A DNA stretch of 64,000 bases, from contig CP084166.1 in the NCBI GenBank assembly GCA_021513695.1, forward strand, positions 416,001 through 480,000. Reading direction: 5' to 3'. This DNA comes from Candidatus Heimdallarchaeum aukensis (GTDB lineage: Archaea; Asgardarchaeota; Heimdallarchaeia; Heimdallarchaeales; Heimdallarchaeaceae). The number at the start of each line of letters is the position of its first letter. The first letter of the stretch is position 1. The notes under the pieces are model-generated. The model saw nothing but the letters and a program-made list of their open reading frames with translations, did not search any database and was not told the DNA's origin. The position numbers and the translations under genes are program-made. Positions 10,707 to 21,211 of the stretch are shown here, piece after piece.

Positions 10707-10890
10707 ATTCAAAGAATCTCTATCAGTTAATTCATTTCTAGAAATAGTAAAATAGAAAATCCCATTTAGTAGCTTCAAATAGAAGTTCTTAAGCTAAAAA
10801 TATTGATTAATTATAGATTATTTGAAAAATGGATATTCTTTTTGCATTGTACTGATAAATAAAAAAAAGAGAAAATTGTTTTCTACAAGC

Positions 10891-11439
10891 TTAATCTAAA
10901 AATGGAAATTTCTTTGAAACCTTTTCCCAAATTTTTAATCTCCAGCCAATGTTTGTTCCATGTGCAAAGAGTAAGAGAAATGCGCCATATACTAGATGAT
11001 CGTCGAATACAGGATTATGACCTGTACCTTTTTCAGTCCAGGGAGCAACAGCTAACCACATAAGCAATAGTAAAATGAATCCTCCGTAGCCAGCAATCTT
11101 TCGACCAATACCAAAAATCAATGAAAAGCCTAATCCGTATAAAGCAATCATAAATAGCCAGTCAAGAACAGCATTTCCAGCCATAGCATCAAAAACCTTG
11201 TACAAAGGACTGTTAACAGCACCAAAATGTAAAAAACCATAGGTAGGAGAACCAGGACCGAATCCAAAAAGCCATTTATTTTCAGGAGAAGTACTATAGT
11301 TAAGCCCAAAAGTTTTGTCCAATGCAGCCCATAGAAAAATTCCAGCAAGAAAAATTCTAGTTAACATAAAGAAGATGTATTCTAAAAGATTCTTTTTTGG
11401 ATCAGTTAAATCTATTTTTTCATCCAATTTTATCACCAT
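10891..11439 (-). CDS. DoxX-like integral membrane protein (tentative)
   Basis: 182 aa with four hydrophobic segments. The N-terminal segment LTRIFLAGIFLWAALDKTFG resembles the DoxX family signature. Confidence 0.4.
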   Translation of the reverse strand: MVIKLDEKIDLTDPKKNLLEYIFFMLTRIFLAGIFLWAALDKTFGLNYSTSPENKWLFGFGPGSPTYGFLHFGAVNSPLYKVFDAMAGNAVLDWLFMIALYGLGFSLIFGIGRKIAGYGGFILLLLMWLAVAPWTEKGTGHNPVFDDHLVYGAFLLLFAHGTNIGWRLKIWEKVSKKFPFLD

Positions 11440-12043
11440 TTAATAATTTGAAAGAGCGAATTATGATGTTTAATTCCGTTCTTCTCTTTCAATCGATTAC
11501 GATACGAATGCTTGCTTTAATAGTGCATCATTAAAATAATTAAGTAAACCATATTTTAGAAAAAAAAACGATAACTGTGCATCATCTTGTCTAAGACTGC
11601 AATGTTCTTACATTTAATCAAAAAGGAGTCTAGTCTTTTTATTGTATTACTTAATAAATGCCTTTTTTGACTTTACTTTTTAAATAGAAAAAATATTGTC
11701 AAAAGTTAAGAAAATAACAAGTTCAACCTTCGAAACAAGAATTAAACTGAGAAATTAGGTAATTAATATATTTAAAAATATATTATGGTTGACATACCTT
11801 ATTATTAGGAGCTACTTTATTAAATGGATATATGTTTTGGTATGGACATCCTTGTTAGAAGAACAAGCATTTACAAAAAAATGGAAACTATACCCTTACA
11901 AGAAGGTAGGGAAAAATCAGTAAAAACAAGAAAAATGGAGAAAATAGACGCAGAAACAGAGAAATATAAATAAGGTTAATTTGTTAAAGCTGAATGTAAA
12001 GTTAATATGATCATCAGAATTTTTAAAAAGACAATAACAAATA

Positions 12044-12529
12044 TTGTTTTCCATGTCTTACCAAACTTTTGCTGAGAAGTGCGAACCTGCTGTTCCAAAG
12101 TATGTACATTACATTATTGCAGGTCTTGCATGGTTAGGAGTAGGAATAATGTTATCTAATTTTGCTATTCAATGGTTAATCGTTGCAGAGGTACCTCTTG
12201 TTTGGATTTATGGTTTAATTGGAACAATTGCTGGTTTTATCATCTACTACTTTGGTTTTTCGCATATTGCCAAAAAGAATGTTAAAAGAATAGTTGAAAA
12301 AAGGCATAAATTCTGTGTTTTTGCTTTTATTTCTTGGAAATCATACTTGACAATACTTGTTATGGTTGCAATGGGGATAGGATTGAGATTGTCTCCTATA
12401 CCTAAACACTATCTAGCCGTCTTATACATTGGTTTAGGAATAGGTTTAGGTCTGTCTAGTTTTGTTTATTTTGGAAAAACTATTCTTCATTTCAGAAATA
12501 ACCAACCAGATCAAATAACAAACAATTAG
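12044..12529 (+). CDS. Hypothetical membrane protein
   Basis: 161 aa with a TTG start and four predicted TM helices. No recognised motif. Confidence 0.4.
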   Translation: MFSMSYQTFAEKCEPAVPKYVHYIIAGLAWLGVGIMLSNFAIQWLIVAEVPLVWIYGLIGTIAGFIIYYFGFSHIAKKNVKRIVEKRHKFCVFAFISWKSYLTILVMVAMGIGLRLSPIPKHYLAVLYIGLGIGLGLSSFVYFGKTILHFRNNQPDQITNN

Positions 12530-13422
12530 TTTTTTTCTCTTTTATCATTAGTTCTTTCTGAATATGGGGTATAGAATTCTCCCAATTTAATCTTGCTCAG
12601 GTTCCACTCTATTATTTCTTGCAATTGTTTGTTTATTTCGTATCCTATATAATGTCTATAAGCTCCTTTACACACCACTGCTGTTGTACCGTTTCCCATA
12701 AAAGGGTCTAGAATTATATCTCCAGGTTTGCTTCCAAAATCTATACATCTTAAAACAACATCTGTTGGAAGTTTTGTTGCATTCTTTTTTATTCCCGTGT
12801 GATATACTCTTTTTATATTCCAAACATCTTCTGGGTAGTGTTCAATTTTATTAAAAAAATAGTTTCTTTTGTTTTTTACAGCAAAAAGAATATGATAATG
12901 ACTTGTAACAAATTTTCTTTTTGTAAAAACTCCAAATTGATATTTCCAAATTATGTGATTAATTAACTCCAAATTGTTTTTTTCCAGAGCAAATAGTATA
13001 TCTTTTAAATTTGTCCACCCACTGAAAATCCACACTCCTCCACTTTTTTTTAATATTCTCGGCAGTTCACTTATCCATCTATTTGTAAATTCAGAGTAAT
13101 TACTAATTTCTACCTCTTTGTAACCCTCAATTACATTATTTTTGTCTCTATTGTATATACCTTCTTTTCCGTTAAAATTTATTCCAAAGGGAGGATCAGC
13201 AACAACCATGTCAATGCTATTATCAGGAAGTTTTCGCATACCTTCAATGCAATCTTCATAATGGATAATATCAATATCAAAATTACATTTAGAACTCTCA
13301 TAAAGAGCTCTAGCTTCTGAAATAGTCCAATCATAAGTGGGTTTAAACTTTTTAGAGCTTTTTTTAGTGCTATGCTTATTTTTTCCTTTTTTGGTTGTTT
13401 GAGATTCCATAGATTTCTTCAT
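12526..13422 (-). CDS. Beta-class N6-adenine/N4-cytosine DNA methyltransferase (orphan)
   Basis: 298 aa. The catalytic motif IV DPPF (VVADPPFGINF) precedes the SAM-binding motif I (DPFMGNGTTAVV) near the C-terminus, which is the circular permutation typical of beta-class MTases. No restriction endonuclease candidate is adjacent. Confidence 0.8.
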   Translation of the reverse strand: MKKSMESQTTKKGKNKHSTKKSSKKFKPTYDWTISEARALYESSKCNFDIDIIHYEDCIEGMRKLPDNSIDMVVADPPFGINFNGKEGIYNRDKNNVIEGYKEVEISNYSEFTNRWISELPRILKKSGGVWIFSGWTNLKDILFALEKNNLELINHIIWKYQFGVFTKRKFVTSHYHILFAVKNKRNYFFNKIEHYPEDVWNIKRVYHTGIKKNATKLPTDVVLRCIDFGSKPGDIILDPFMGNGTTAVVCKGAYRHYIGYEINKQLQEIIEWNLSKIKLGEFYTPYSERTNDKREKN

Positions 13423-13582
13423 ACCTCTTCACAGATACAATAAAGATTTATCGGTTGAATAAATTAGAATATTACAACAAAAGTAAGACAATTGCTTTTT
13501 TCTTTACATTTAAAGGAAATTCAATATAAAAAACAGAAACAATTATCCCTAAACAAAGAATAGAAAAAAAGAAAAAAACTAA

Positions 13583-14020
13583 TTATATATCGAAGGATTC
13601 TCCTTTAACTTGTTTAATATGGTGTAAATCGTGTTTCCATAGACCAAATAAATCTGCAGCTTTTTCCTCAAGATTCTTTTCTATAAGTAATTTATAGTTT
13701 TTAATTAATTCTTCTCTTTTTTCTTTAAACATGTCTACTACTTCATTCAGACTTTTTTCTTTATATTGTTCTAGTTGTTTATCGTTCCATTCGTCAAGCT
13801 TTGAACCTGAATATTCTTCAGACCATACAACTTCTTTACCCTCAAATACATCTTTTACAATTCTCAAAATTTCAATGTCCCAGACTAATAAGTGTGCAAT
13901 AAGTTCTTTCTTTCCCCAACCGTTTGATAAACTAAAATCTTCGGAAAGATCTAACACAATTTCAGTTGTTTTTTCAAATTTGTTTATATGCTCAGTTGGT
14001 TTAATTTTTTCTTGAGTCAT
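13583..14020 (-). CDS. DinB/ClbS-like four-helix-bundle protein (tentative)
   Basis: 145 aa. His-containing helices LIAHLLVWDIEIL and WKHDLHHIKQ are present. This is a weak family call. Confidence 0.35.
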   Translation of the reverse strand: MTQEKIKPTEHINKFEKTTEIVLDLSEDFSLSNGWGKKELIAHLLVWDIEILRIVKDVFEGKEVVWSEEYSGSKLDEWNDKQLEQYKEKSLNEVVDMFKEKREELIKNYKLLIEKNLEEKAADLFGLWKHDLHHIKQVKGESFDI

Positions 14021-14191
14021 AAAAACAATGTTAAAATTGTATTTTTATCTTTTTCTTTAGGTATTTAAACTGTTATTTTCTCTTATTTTCAATTGATTCA
14101 TTGGTTGTTTTTTTCTCACTTTATTCTTGTAAAGTAGTATACTTTACTTTTCTAAATAGTAAAGTATTCATAAAAGAATGATAATTGTCAT

Positions 14192-15262
14192 TTGGTGAAA
14201 AAAATGTTCACAAAAACAAAAATTATTGGTTTGGGAATACTTCTTTCAATGCTGGTAAGCTCTTTAGCTATATCAGCTGAAAGTCAAGGGTTGCAATATT
14301 CAGAACAAAATAAGCTCGTAACAATAAGCTATGAGGATCTTACACTCATGGTTAATGCTGGAGGTCAAGTACCTAAGTTTCATATCATTCAGGATGGTGG
14401 AATAGAGTTCCAAGTAATGTTCAAGCTTCTAGCCGAATATTATGACGAAAACGGAGATGGAGCTTTTCAATATGATGAACTAAATATAGCCCAAACGGGA
14501 CAGACAGGTCCTCCTACTGCTAGAACTAACATTTTAGCTCTACCAAGTGTCATCTGGTCATTCAGCGGTTTTGAAGCAGAATACGAAGAAGGAACAGAAA
14601 ATATTGTAGCTATACACTTCAGTTTTGTCAGTGATCAAATACTTATTCCATTTTACGCTGATTTTTCTATGGAAATAAAGGCCCATTTCTATCTAGATAA
14701 CAAGACCATTGATGGATATGAGATCATTGGCGGAAGAGAACTCAAATTTGATATAATCATGAACAATTGGCCATGGGAAAGAGATGATACTTACCTTGCT
14801 TTAAGATTTGACATTTCCCCTCAAAATGATGTTGCAGAAGTAAAAGATGCTGAAGGAAAACCTATTGACACAAAAACTAACTCTACAGGTGCTGAACACA
14901 AAGTCAATAATCAAAATAAAATGAAAAATTCTTTTGAGTTAGGGAATGCTACAGATAAAGGATTCTTTGCTTACTCTAATACGGCCAACTATTCCTATCA
15001 AAATGAATACCAACAAGGAACAGTAAATTGCTCTTATGCTACAAACGGAGATAACACAATTCAAACTTATTTAAGTTTCGAGCATTTCGATGAAGAAGTT
15101 GTTTATGATCCTTCACTAGGAATCGTTTCTGATACTGAAGAAGATACAGAAGGAGATACTGACGAAGATACAAGTGGTCTAGGAAATATTGAAATATTGA
15201 CAATCAGCGTATTTTCGATATCAGCCATTACTGCTGTAGCTATCATAAGAAAGAAGAAATAA
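14192..15262 (+). CDS. Secreted, C-terminally membrane-anchored surface protein (hypothetical)
   Basis: 356 aa. It has an N-terminal signal-like segment (IIGLGILLSMLVSSLAISAES), an acidic linker DTEEDTEGDTDEDTSG, and a C-terminal TM plus basic tail (LTISVFSISAITAVAIIRKKK). Confidence 0.5.
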   Translation: MVKKMFTKTKIIGLGILLSMLVSSLAISAESQGLQYSEQNKLVTISYEDLTLMVNAGGQVPKFHIIQDGGIEFQVMFKLLAEYYDENGDGAFQYDELNIAQTGQTGPPTARTNILALPSVIWSFSGFEAEYEEGTENIVAIHFSFVSDQILIPFYADFSMEIKAHFYLDNKTIDGYEIIGGRELKFDIIMNNWPWERDDTYLALRFDISPQNDVAEVKDAEGKPIDTKTNSTGAEHKVNNQNKMKNSFELGNATDKGFFAYSNTANYSYQNEYQQGTVNCSYATNGDNTIQTYLSFEHFDEEVVYDPSLGIVSDTEEDTEGDTDEDTSGLGNIEILTISVFSISAITAVAIIRKKK

Positions 15263-15267
15263 TATCC

Positions 15268-15301
15268 TTTTTTTCTTTTTTTCTTTTTTTTTCTTTTTTT
15301 T
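15268..15301. terminator. Long oligo-T tract between convergent genes
   Basis: The sequence tttttttctttttttctttttttttcttttttttg starts 6 nt after the stop at 15262. It sits between convergent ORFs, with the next ORF ending at 15395. Confidence 0.45.
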
Positions 15302-15394
15302 GATTTTAATCAAAAATCTTTAGAAAATAAGACCATTCAAAACTTAATTTTGTATTATATTGAAAAAAAAAGGATTTTAGTTTAACCACTAAAA

Positions 15395-18067
15395 TTAATA
15401 TTTCTTTCCACAGATATCAATTTCTTCAAAAGTTTCCTTAACTTTATTTTTCTTTTGTTTTGTTCTGAAGATAATTTCAAATAAAACAATTGAAAAAATG
15501 AAAATCATCCAAACTATACTTTTACTGATAATTTCTTTTCTTCTAGTAATACCTATGTTTGAATTAGGATCTAATGGGTCAAAATCATTCATTACTTCTT
15601 CATAATCAGTATATGAATCTCCATCTGTATCAGGATCGTTGGGATCAGTATTATAAAATTTTACTTCTTCAAAATCGTCCAATCCATCAAAGTCACTATC
15701 TATGCGTAAAGGATTAGTATGGTAAATAAATAATTCTTCATAATCATCTAGTAAGTCACCATCTGTATCACGATTTAGGGGACTAGTATTGTAATTATTT
15801 ACTTCTTCTCCGTCTTTTAATCCATCATTATCAGAATCACTATCATTGGGGTCAGTATCGTACATGTAAATTTCAAGATTATCAGACAAACCATCCAAAT
15901 CTGAATCTTTTAATGTAGGATTTGTTCCATAAACAAATACTTCTACTCCATCATCTATTCCATCATTATCTGAATCATCATTTGTAGGATCTGTTCCATA
16001 AGCGTATATTTCATCACCATCTAATAATCCATCAAAGTCAGTATCATTATTCCTTGGATCAGTATTGTTTTCAAATTCGTGAATATTATATAATTCATCA
16101 TTATCAAAGTCAACATAGGCATCAATTGGATTAGCAACATCTAAACCATAGTAATATTCCCAGTAATTTGTCATTCCATCGCTGTCTAAATCTCCATCAG
16201 CATCGCTTGGATCATCAGGATCTAATCCTACACTAACTTCCCAGTAATCAGGCATTTTATCGTTATCACTATCTCTTACTAGTTTTATGATAAAAGCATC
16301 AATATATCCTTCCAAAGTGGAATTTAAAGGGCTTTTTAAAAGAAGATCATTACTCTCTGTACTCCCTACTATGTAGATAGAACCATCACTATCCACTGCT
16401 ATATCTCTACCTACATCTTCTTCTCTTCCACCAAAATATGTGCTAAAAACTAAATTTGTTCCACTTCTGTTTAACATAGAAACAAAAATATCGGAATAAT
16501 AAGTAGGATTTCTTTCTTCAATTGCATTTTTAATCGGAAAATCATTGCTCCATGTTCCACCTGTTAAATAGACGTTTTGATCATTATCTACCGTTATTGA
16601 CAAACAAGTATCATTTGATGAACCACCTAAAAATGTACTATAGATTATATTATCAGCTGTTGAACTTATTTTTGTTAAAAATATGTTAGAATATCCATTT
16701 AGTGTGTCATCAAAGGCATTTTTTGTTGGAAAGTCAGTACTATTTGTAACACCAGTGATATATACATAACCTTCACTATCAATAGTTATTCCTCTGGCAT
16801 AATCATTATACTTTCCCCCTAAATAAGTGCTAAAGATTAACCCATTTCCTGTAGAGTTAATATAGGATAAATAAACATCAAAAAAGCTTCCACCACCATA
16901 AGTAGAATTAAAAGCATTTACAGTCGGAAAATCATCACTTCTTGTAGATCCAGTAATGAAAATAGAACCATTAGAGAAAACTTTACCTTTAGCAAAGTAT
17001 TCAGCATCACTTCCCCCTATTATTGTGGTGAAAATAGGTTCAAGAGTTTCTCCATCAAGTTTAGTAACAAAAGCATCATAATCATCATCTGAAATATTTC
17101 CAAAAGCAAAGTTGTTGAATAAAGAAGTGCTCATAGTATCTCCAAAAATGTATATATTTCCATCATTTCCTATTTCTATCTTGCGTCCATAATCAAAAAT
17201 ATCCCCGCTTAAATAAGAACTAAAATCTACTAAATAAGGATCAATAATCAATTTTTTAGCTGTATCATATTGTTCAATATTAAAAATATAACAGTTGTCA
17301 TCAAGAGTAAAATAAGCGGGGATAATTTTTCCTTCTTAAAAAACTTTTAAGTTTCTATCATTAAAAATTCTATATTCTGTATTTCCGATTCTTGAGATTC
17401 CAACTATATTAGTTTCATCTTCTTGTTTTAAGTAAAACTTTGAATCTGATGATAGTTGAACCTTAATAACTGAAGGATCAGCGTTTGGTTCAACAATAAA
17501 TTCGTATTTCAGAAATGAACCTGTAAAATAGTATCTTAAAGATATTCCGGGGTATATATCTTCATATATTATTTCTTGATAACAGCTTATTTGAGTAATT
17601 GCTTTATCTTTGTAAAAAAAGTTAGAATAGTAATTTGCTAATGCTTTTGCCTGTGGTACAACGATATTTGAATCAGGAAAAGAGACATTAATTAAGAAAA
17701 ATTTAGTATTTTCTTCTTTATTCGGTTTAAGATTCTGAATAAAGTAGACCTTAGATTCTCCAAAGTAAACATTTGTTAAAGGAGATTGAGCATAATAAAA
17801 AACTGTCTTGTCAAATATATGCCCTTTATTTTTCATAAAAAAGTATTTAGAATTGTAATCACTGACATAGTTCTCTTCAATTTCGCCGGAAACACTGTAA
17901 AAATTAATTTTTGCTTTATTTTGCTGTTGTGAATATTTTATGCTGTAAGAGCCAACTAAAGTGTTATTTTTGACATAAAATCCAGATAAACTGCTCACAC
18001 TTACAAGAAAGATTAAAAACAAACAAACAATAAATGAAACATTTCCTTTGCTTTGATTTTCATTCAT
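15395..18067 (-). pseudogene. Surface protein gene (signal peptide, N-terminal domain, SBBP-type beta-propeller repeats, TSP3-like Ca-binding repeats, TM anchor) interrupted by one in-frame TAA at 17336-17338
   Basis: The ORFs 17336..18067 and 15395..17251 are in the same frame, as (17335-17251) is 84 nt, or 28 codons. I translated the gap by hand as ...NLKVF*EGKIIPAYFTLDDNCYIFNIEQYDTAKKLIIDPYLV, which is open apart from the single TAA. The downstream part has only a TTG pseudo-start and no signal peptide, while the upstream part carries the signal peptide (VSFIVCLFLIFLVSVSSLSG). SBBP-like repeats are present (YLGGKYNDYARGITIDSEGYVYITGVTNSTDFPTKNAF). So are TSP3-like repeats (DSDNDGIDDGVE, DTDGDLLDDYEE). 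Confidence 0.6.
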
Positions 18068-18350
18068 TTTTCTAAATATTTTAGGTTGAAAAATATTATA
18101 TAAATATTATCAAATGATTTTTGGATAGTTTTTTATTTAAAGTTTAAAATAAAGCTTGAATAGATTTTAGAATAAAAAGAAAAATTTTGCCAATTATATC
18201 TTTTTTGTAAGATTTAATCTAAAAAAGATAAATTCAAATTATAAGAAATAAGACAGATAATATTAGGCTAATTATCAGTTTTTCTATTAAATTCAAAATA
18301 GTGTTCTAGAAATCTAAAAAAATAGAATGAGGAAAACAGTAAAAAGCTAT

Positions 18351-18458
18351 AGTACTTCCGCAATAAGTTGACTGATTTCTATAGGTTAAAATTATAGGAG
18401 TTCATACTATCATTGGTGTGTTCTCAATTCATACTTTTTGAGATAATTCGGAAGTACT
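18351..18458. mobile_element. 108-bp MITE-like element, copy 1
   Basis: The element is bounded by perfect 10-bp terminal inverted repeats AGTACTTCCG...CGGAAGTACT, or 11 bp if the flanking T/A is included. It is intergenic and non-coding. Its reverse complement recurs at 28436..28543 with 2 mismatches by my reading. Flanking AAGCTA appears on both sides. Confidence 0.55.
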
Positions 18459-18504
18459 AAAGCTAATAACAATTTTTTTAAGTATAATTATTAAATAAAA
18501 CACA

Positions 18505-19326
18505 ATGGACAATTCTAATGATTCAATCAAGGAAATGAAACTTTTTTCAAATCAAACAAGAAGGGATTTGTTAAAACTTCTTGGAGAATCAGGAGGATTG
18601 TCTTTTACTAACATTAAAGAAGAATTGAGACTTACAGATGGAAGATTATATTTCCATCTAAAGAAATTAGAAGGCTATATTGAGAAAGATACACAAAATA
18701 ATTACAAATTAACTTTAGATGGTAAGAAAATCTATGATTCTTTGTTTTTTAGTCATATTAAAGAACAGAAAAAATTTGAAGAAGATGTTTCATCGAAATC
18801 TCTTAACAAAATCTTTCCAGAAGACATTGTTTATTATTTAATTGGAACAAAAACGAGAAGTATGATAGAATTAAATATGTTATTGTTAATTTTATGTTGG
18901 TTTTTTGCAGTTACAGACAGTTACTTTAGTTCTATTGAAACAATAGTTTTGGGGGGAGCTATAGTCAATTTTGTCATTAACCTTATCCATTGGTATTTTT
19001 ACTGTTTACTCATTTATATAATATTAAAAATTGCAAAGAAAGGAATAGACTTTGTAGAATTAACTATTGTTACAATAATAGGAATTGCCCCATATTTCCT
19101 CTATTTACTAATAAAAGGGATTTTGCAATTATTGAATATAGAAATAATTGGTTTGATAAATATTGTTCTGGTAATTTTATTTGTTATTTGTAAGATATGG
19201 TCTTCACTAATAATAGCACAAGGATTAACAGTCGTCTCAAAGATCCATCCATCACAATCTTTACTAGCTGTAATTTCATTAACAATTATTGATTATTTGT
19301 ATTTGTTTATTACTTTATCAATGTAA
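18505..19326 (+). CDS. Winged-helix (ArsR/MarR-like) DNA-binding domain fused to a multi-pass membrane domain
   Basis: 273 aa. The N-terminus (LFSNQTRRDLLKLLGESGGLSFTNIKEELRLTDGRLYFHLKKLEGYIEK) fits a wHTH pattern. The C-terminal half has about 5 hydrophobic helices. Confidence 0.5.
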   Translation: MDNSNDSIKEMKLFSNQTRRDLLKLLGESGGLSFTNIKEELRLTDGRLYFHLKKLEGYIEKDTQNNYKLTLDGKKIYDSLFFSHIKEQKKFEEDVSSKSLNKIFPEDIVYYLIGTKTRSMIELNMLLLILCWFFAVTDSYFSSIETIVLGGAIVNFVINLIHWYFYCLLIYIILKIAKKGIDFVELTIVTIIGIAPYFLYLLIKGILQLLNIEIIGLINIVLVILFVICKIWSSLIIAQGLTVVSKIHPSQSLLAVISLTIIDYLYLFITLSM

Positions 19327-19401
19327 TGATAGAACTTTAGAAAAATAAATAAGAAGAATAATAAAAAAGAAAGAGAAAAAATAAATAGAGAGCTGAAAAA
19401 C

Positions 19402-20070
19402 ATGGAAAAAAGAAATATACTGTCTCTGTTTCTACTAGTTGTAATAACTAGTTCTATAGTCGTCTCTGGGATGCTTACAATTAGAAATTATGAAGAAATA
19501 GTCGAAGATTTACATAACACTAATATTTTTCCTACCGAACCAATAGATAATGGAGATGACGATATAAAAACAGGAATATTAGAATTGTTTTATCTCGGCT
19601 CTGTTTCTGAAAATCAAGTTTTAAAAAGTATGACCAGTTATGGTCCCCCGAATGCGACAGAAACTTTGCAGAATGTTTGGATAAATGTTACAAAAATTGA
19701 ACTGGTAGGAAATGATTCAAGTTTAGTTAAGTTGTTTGAAGACCATGTCCAGCTTGATATAAAAAAGGCAGAAGAAGAAACAATATTCTTGTTTTCATTT
19801 AACATCACAGAAGGAACATACCCTGCAATTAAAATATTCTATGAAAACACTTTGATAGTAAAAACAACAGAAGGAACGGTTAAAACATATATAATTCAAG
19901 GATCGAACTTTCTAGTTATACCTTTCATGCAAGATAAGTACTCCACTAACCAATCAAATCTAGAAATATCGAAGAATGTAAAAAAATCTACCTACTTAGA
20001 TTTCAACGTGAATTTAATTTCATTTACTCAGTCAGCAGTAATAAATATACAAGCATTCTTAAGCCTTTAA
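19402..20070 (+). CDS. Hypothetical secreted or anchored protein (DUF4382-like beta-sandwich, tentative)
   Basis: 222 aa with an N-terminal TM/signal segment (ILSLFLLVVITSSIVVSGML). The remainder is beta-rich. The family guess is weak. Confidence 0.35.
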   Translation: MEKRNILSLFLLVVITSSIVVSGMLTIRNYEEIVEDLHNTNIFPTEPIDNGDDDIKTGILELFYLGSVSENQVLKSMTSYGPPNATETLQNVWINVTKIELVGNDSSLVKLFEDHVQLDIKKAEEETIFLFSFNITEGTYPAIKIFYENTLIVKTTEGTVKTYIIQGSNFLVIPFMQDKYSTNQSNLEISKNVKKSTYLDFNVNLISFTQSAVINIQAFLSL

Positions 20071-20241
20071 GTAAAAAAAATTATTTTGCAGAGTCTATTT
20101 ATTTTTAGATATTTACAGTTTTAATTCTCACAGATTCACTTCATTATTTTTAAGAGATTATATCATATAAATAATTAATAGAAAATTTATAGAAGATACT
20201 AAGATAGTTTTTTATATCTTCTTTAATTTGAATGTATAATA

Positions 20242-21156
20242 ATGAAAATTGGTTTTTCTATTCCAATATCAGAAAATAATAAAAATCAGTTACATTATGT
20301 TAAAAATCTTAACGATTTAGGAATAGAACAATTTTGGATAGGAGATAATCCTCCTGTAAACAACGCTTTTCTCACTATTGAACATATTTTAAGTAGAATA
20401 GAAAAAATTACTTTAGGAACAGGAATTACTTCTCCCTTTTATTATTCTAAACAGACTTTAGTAGGCACAGTAGAGTATTTCATAAAAAATTATGGTAAAA
20501 GATTCATTTTGGGGTTGGGTTTTGGAAAAAAGAAGTCTTTTTTTGACAGTAATGAGAGATTAGATTTTAGAAAATTTCAATCTTACACTCATGAATTAGT
20601 AGAAACAGTTAGACACAGATTACAGAAAAACAATTTGCAAGATTCTTTTTCTTATGCTATAGGAGGTTTAGGTAATAGTATATCAAAATTTGCTATTCTC
20701 AATGCTGACATATTCTTGGTGAATAGTGCTTCTAAATATGATCTCAAGCGAATAAATAAGATATTCAACAGTTTTGATGATAAAAAGAAAAGCCAAGTGT
20801 TTCTTTATTGTATGATGGAAATAAGAGAGAAGAAAGAAAACATTTCTCTCAAATTATGGAATATAGTTAAAGACATAGCTCGCAACTCATCTCTAAATAT
20901 ATTGGAAGAGCATAACTACTCTCAAAGTATGATAGAAAAAATAAAGCAATTACCTCCAGAATACATGTTTAAAATTCCTGAAGGAGAAGTAGTTCATATA
21001 GTCAATGATTTTGCTTTGGTTGGTAAAATCGATGAATTAGCGGAAAAGGTTTCTAATTTAATGAAAACTTCTAAAATAATCGATGGCTTAATTTTTGGGT
21101 GGACCAACGAAATTTATGACTACAAAAAAATAGCTGATTTTCTAGAATTGCTTTGA
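20242..21156 (+). CDS. Luciferase-like (LLM) / F420-dependent oxidoreductase family protein (tentative)
   Basis: 304 aa. The start MKIGFSIP and the stretch LGIEQFWIGDNP are typical of LLM TIM-barrel proteins. This is a weak by-eye assignment. Confidence 0.4.
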   Translation: MKIGFSIPISENNKNQLHYVKNLNDLGIEQFWIGDNPPVNNAFLTIEHILSRIEKITLGTGITSPFYYSKQTLVGTVEYFIKNYGKRFILGLGFGKKKSFFDSNERLDFRKFQSYTHELVETVRHRLQKNNLQDSFSYAIGGLGNSISKFAILNADIFLVNSASKYDLKRINKIFNSFDDKKKSQVFLYCMMEIREKKENISLKLWNIVKDIARNSSLNILEEHNYSQSMIEKIKQLPPEYMFKIPEGEVVHIVNDFALVGKIDELAEKVSNLMKTSKIIDGLIFGWTNEIYDYKKIADFLELL

Positions 21157-21211
21157 ATTACGCCAATTTATTTGAATATATTTAAATATTTAATTATTAA
21201 GCGAAAAATCT

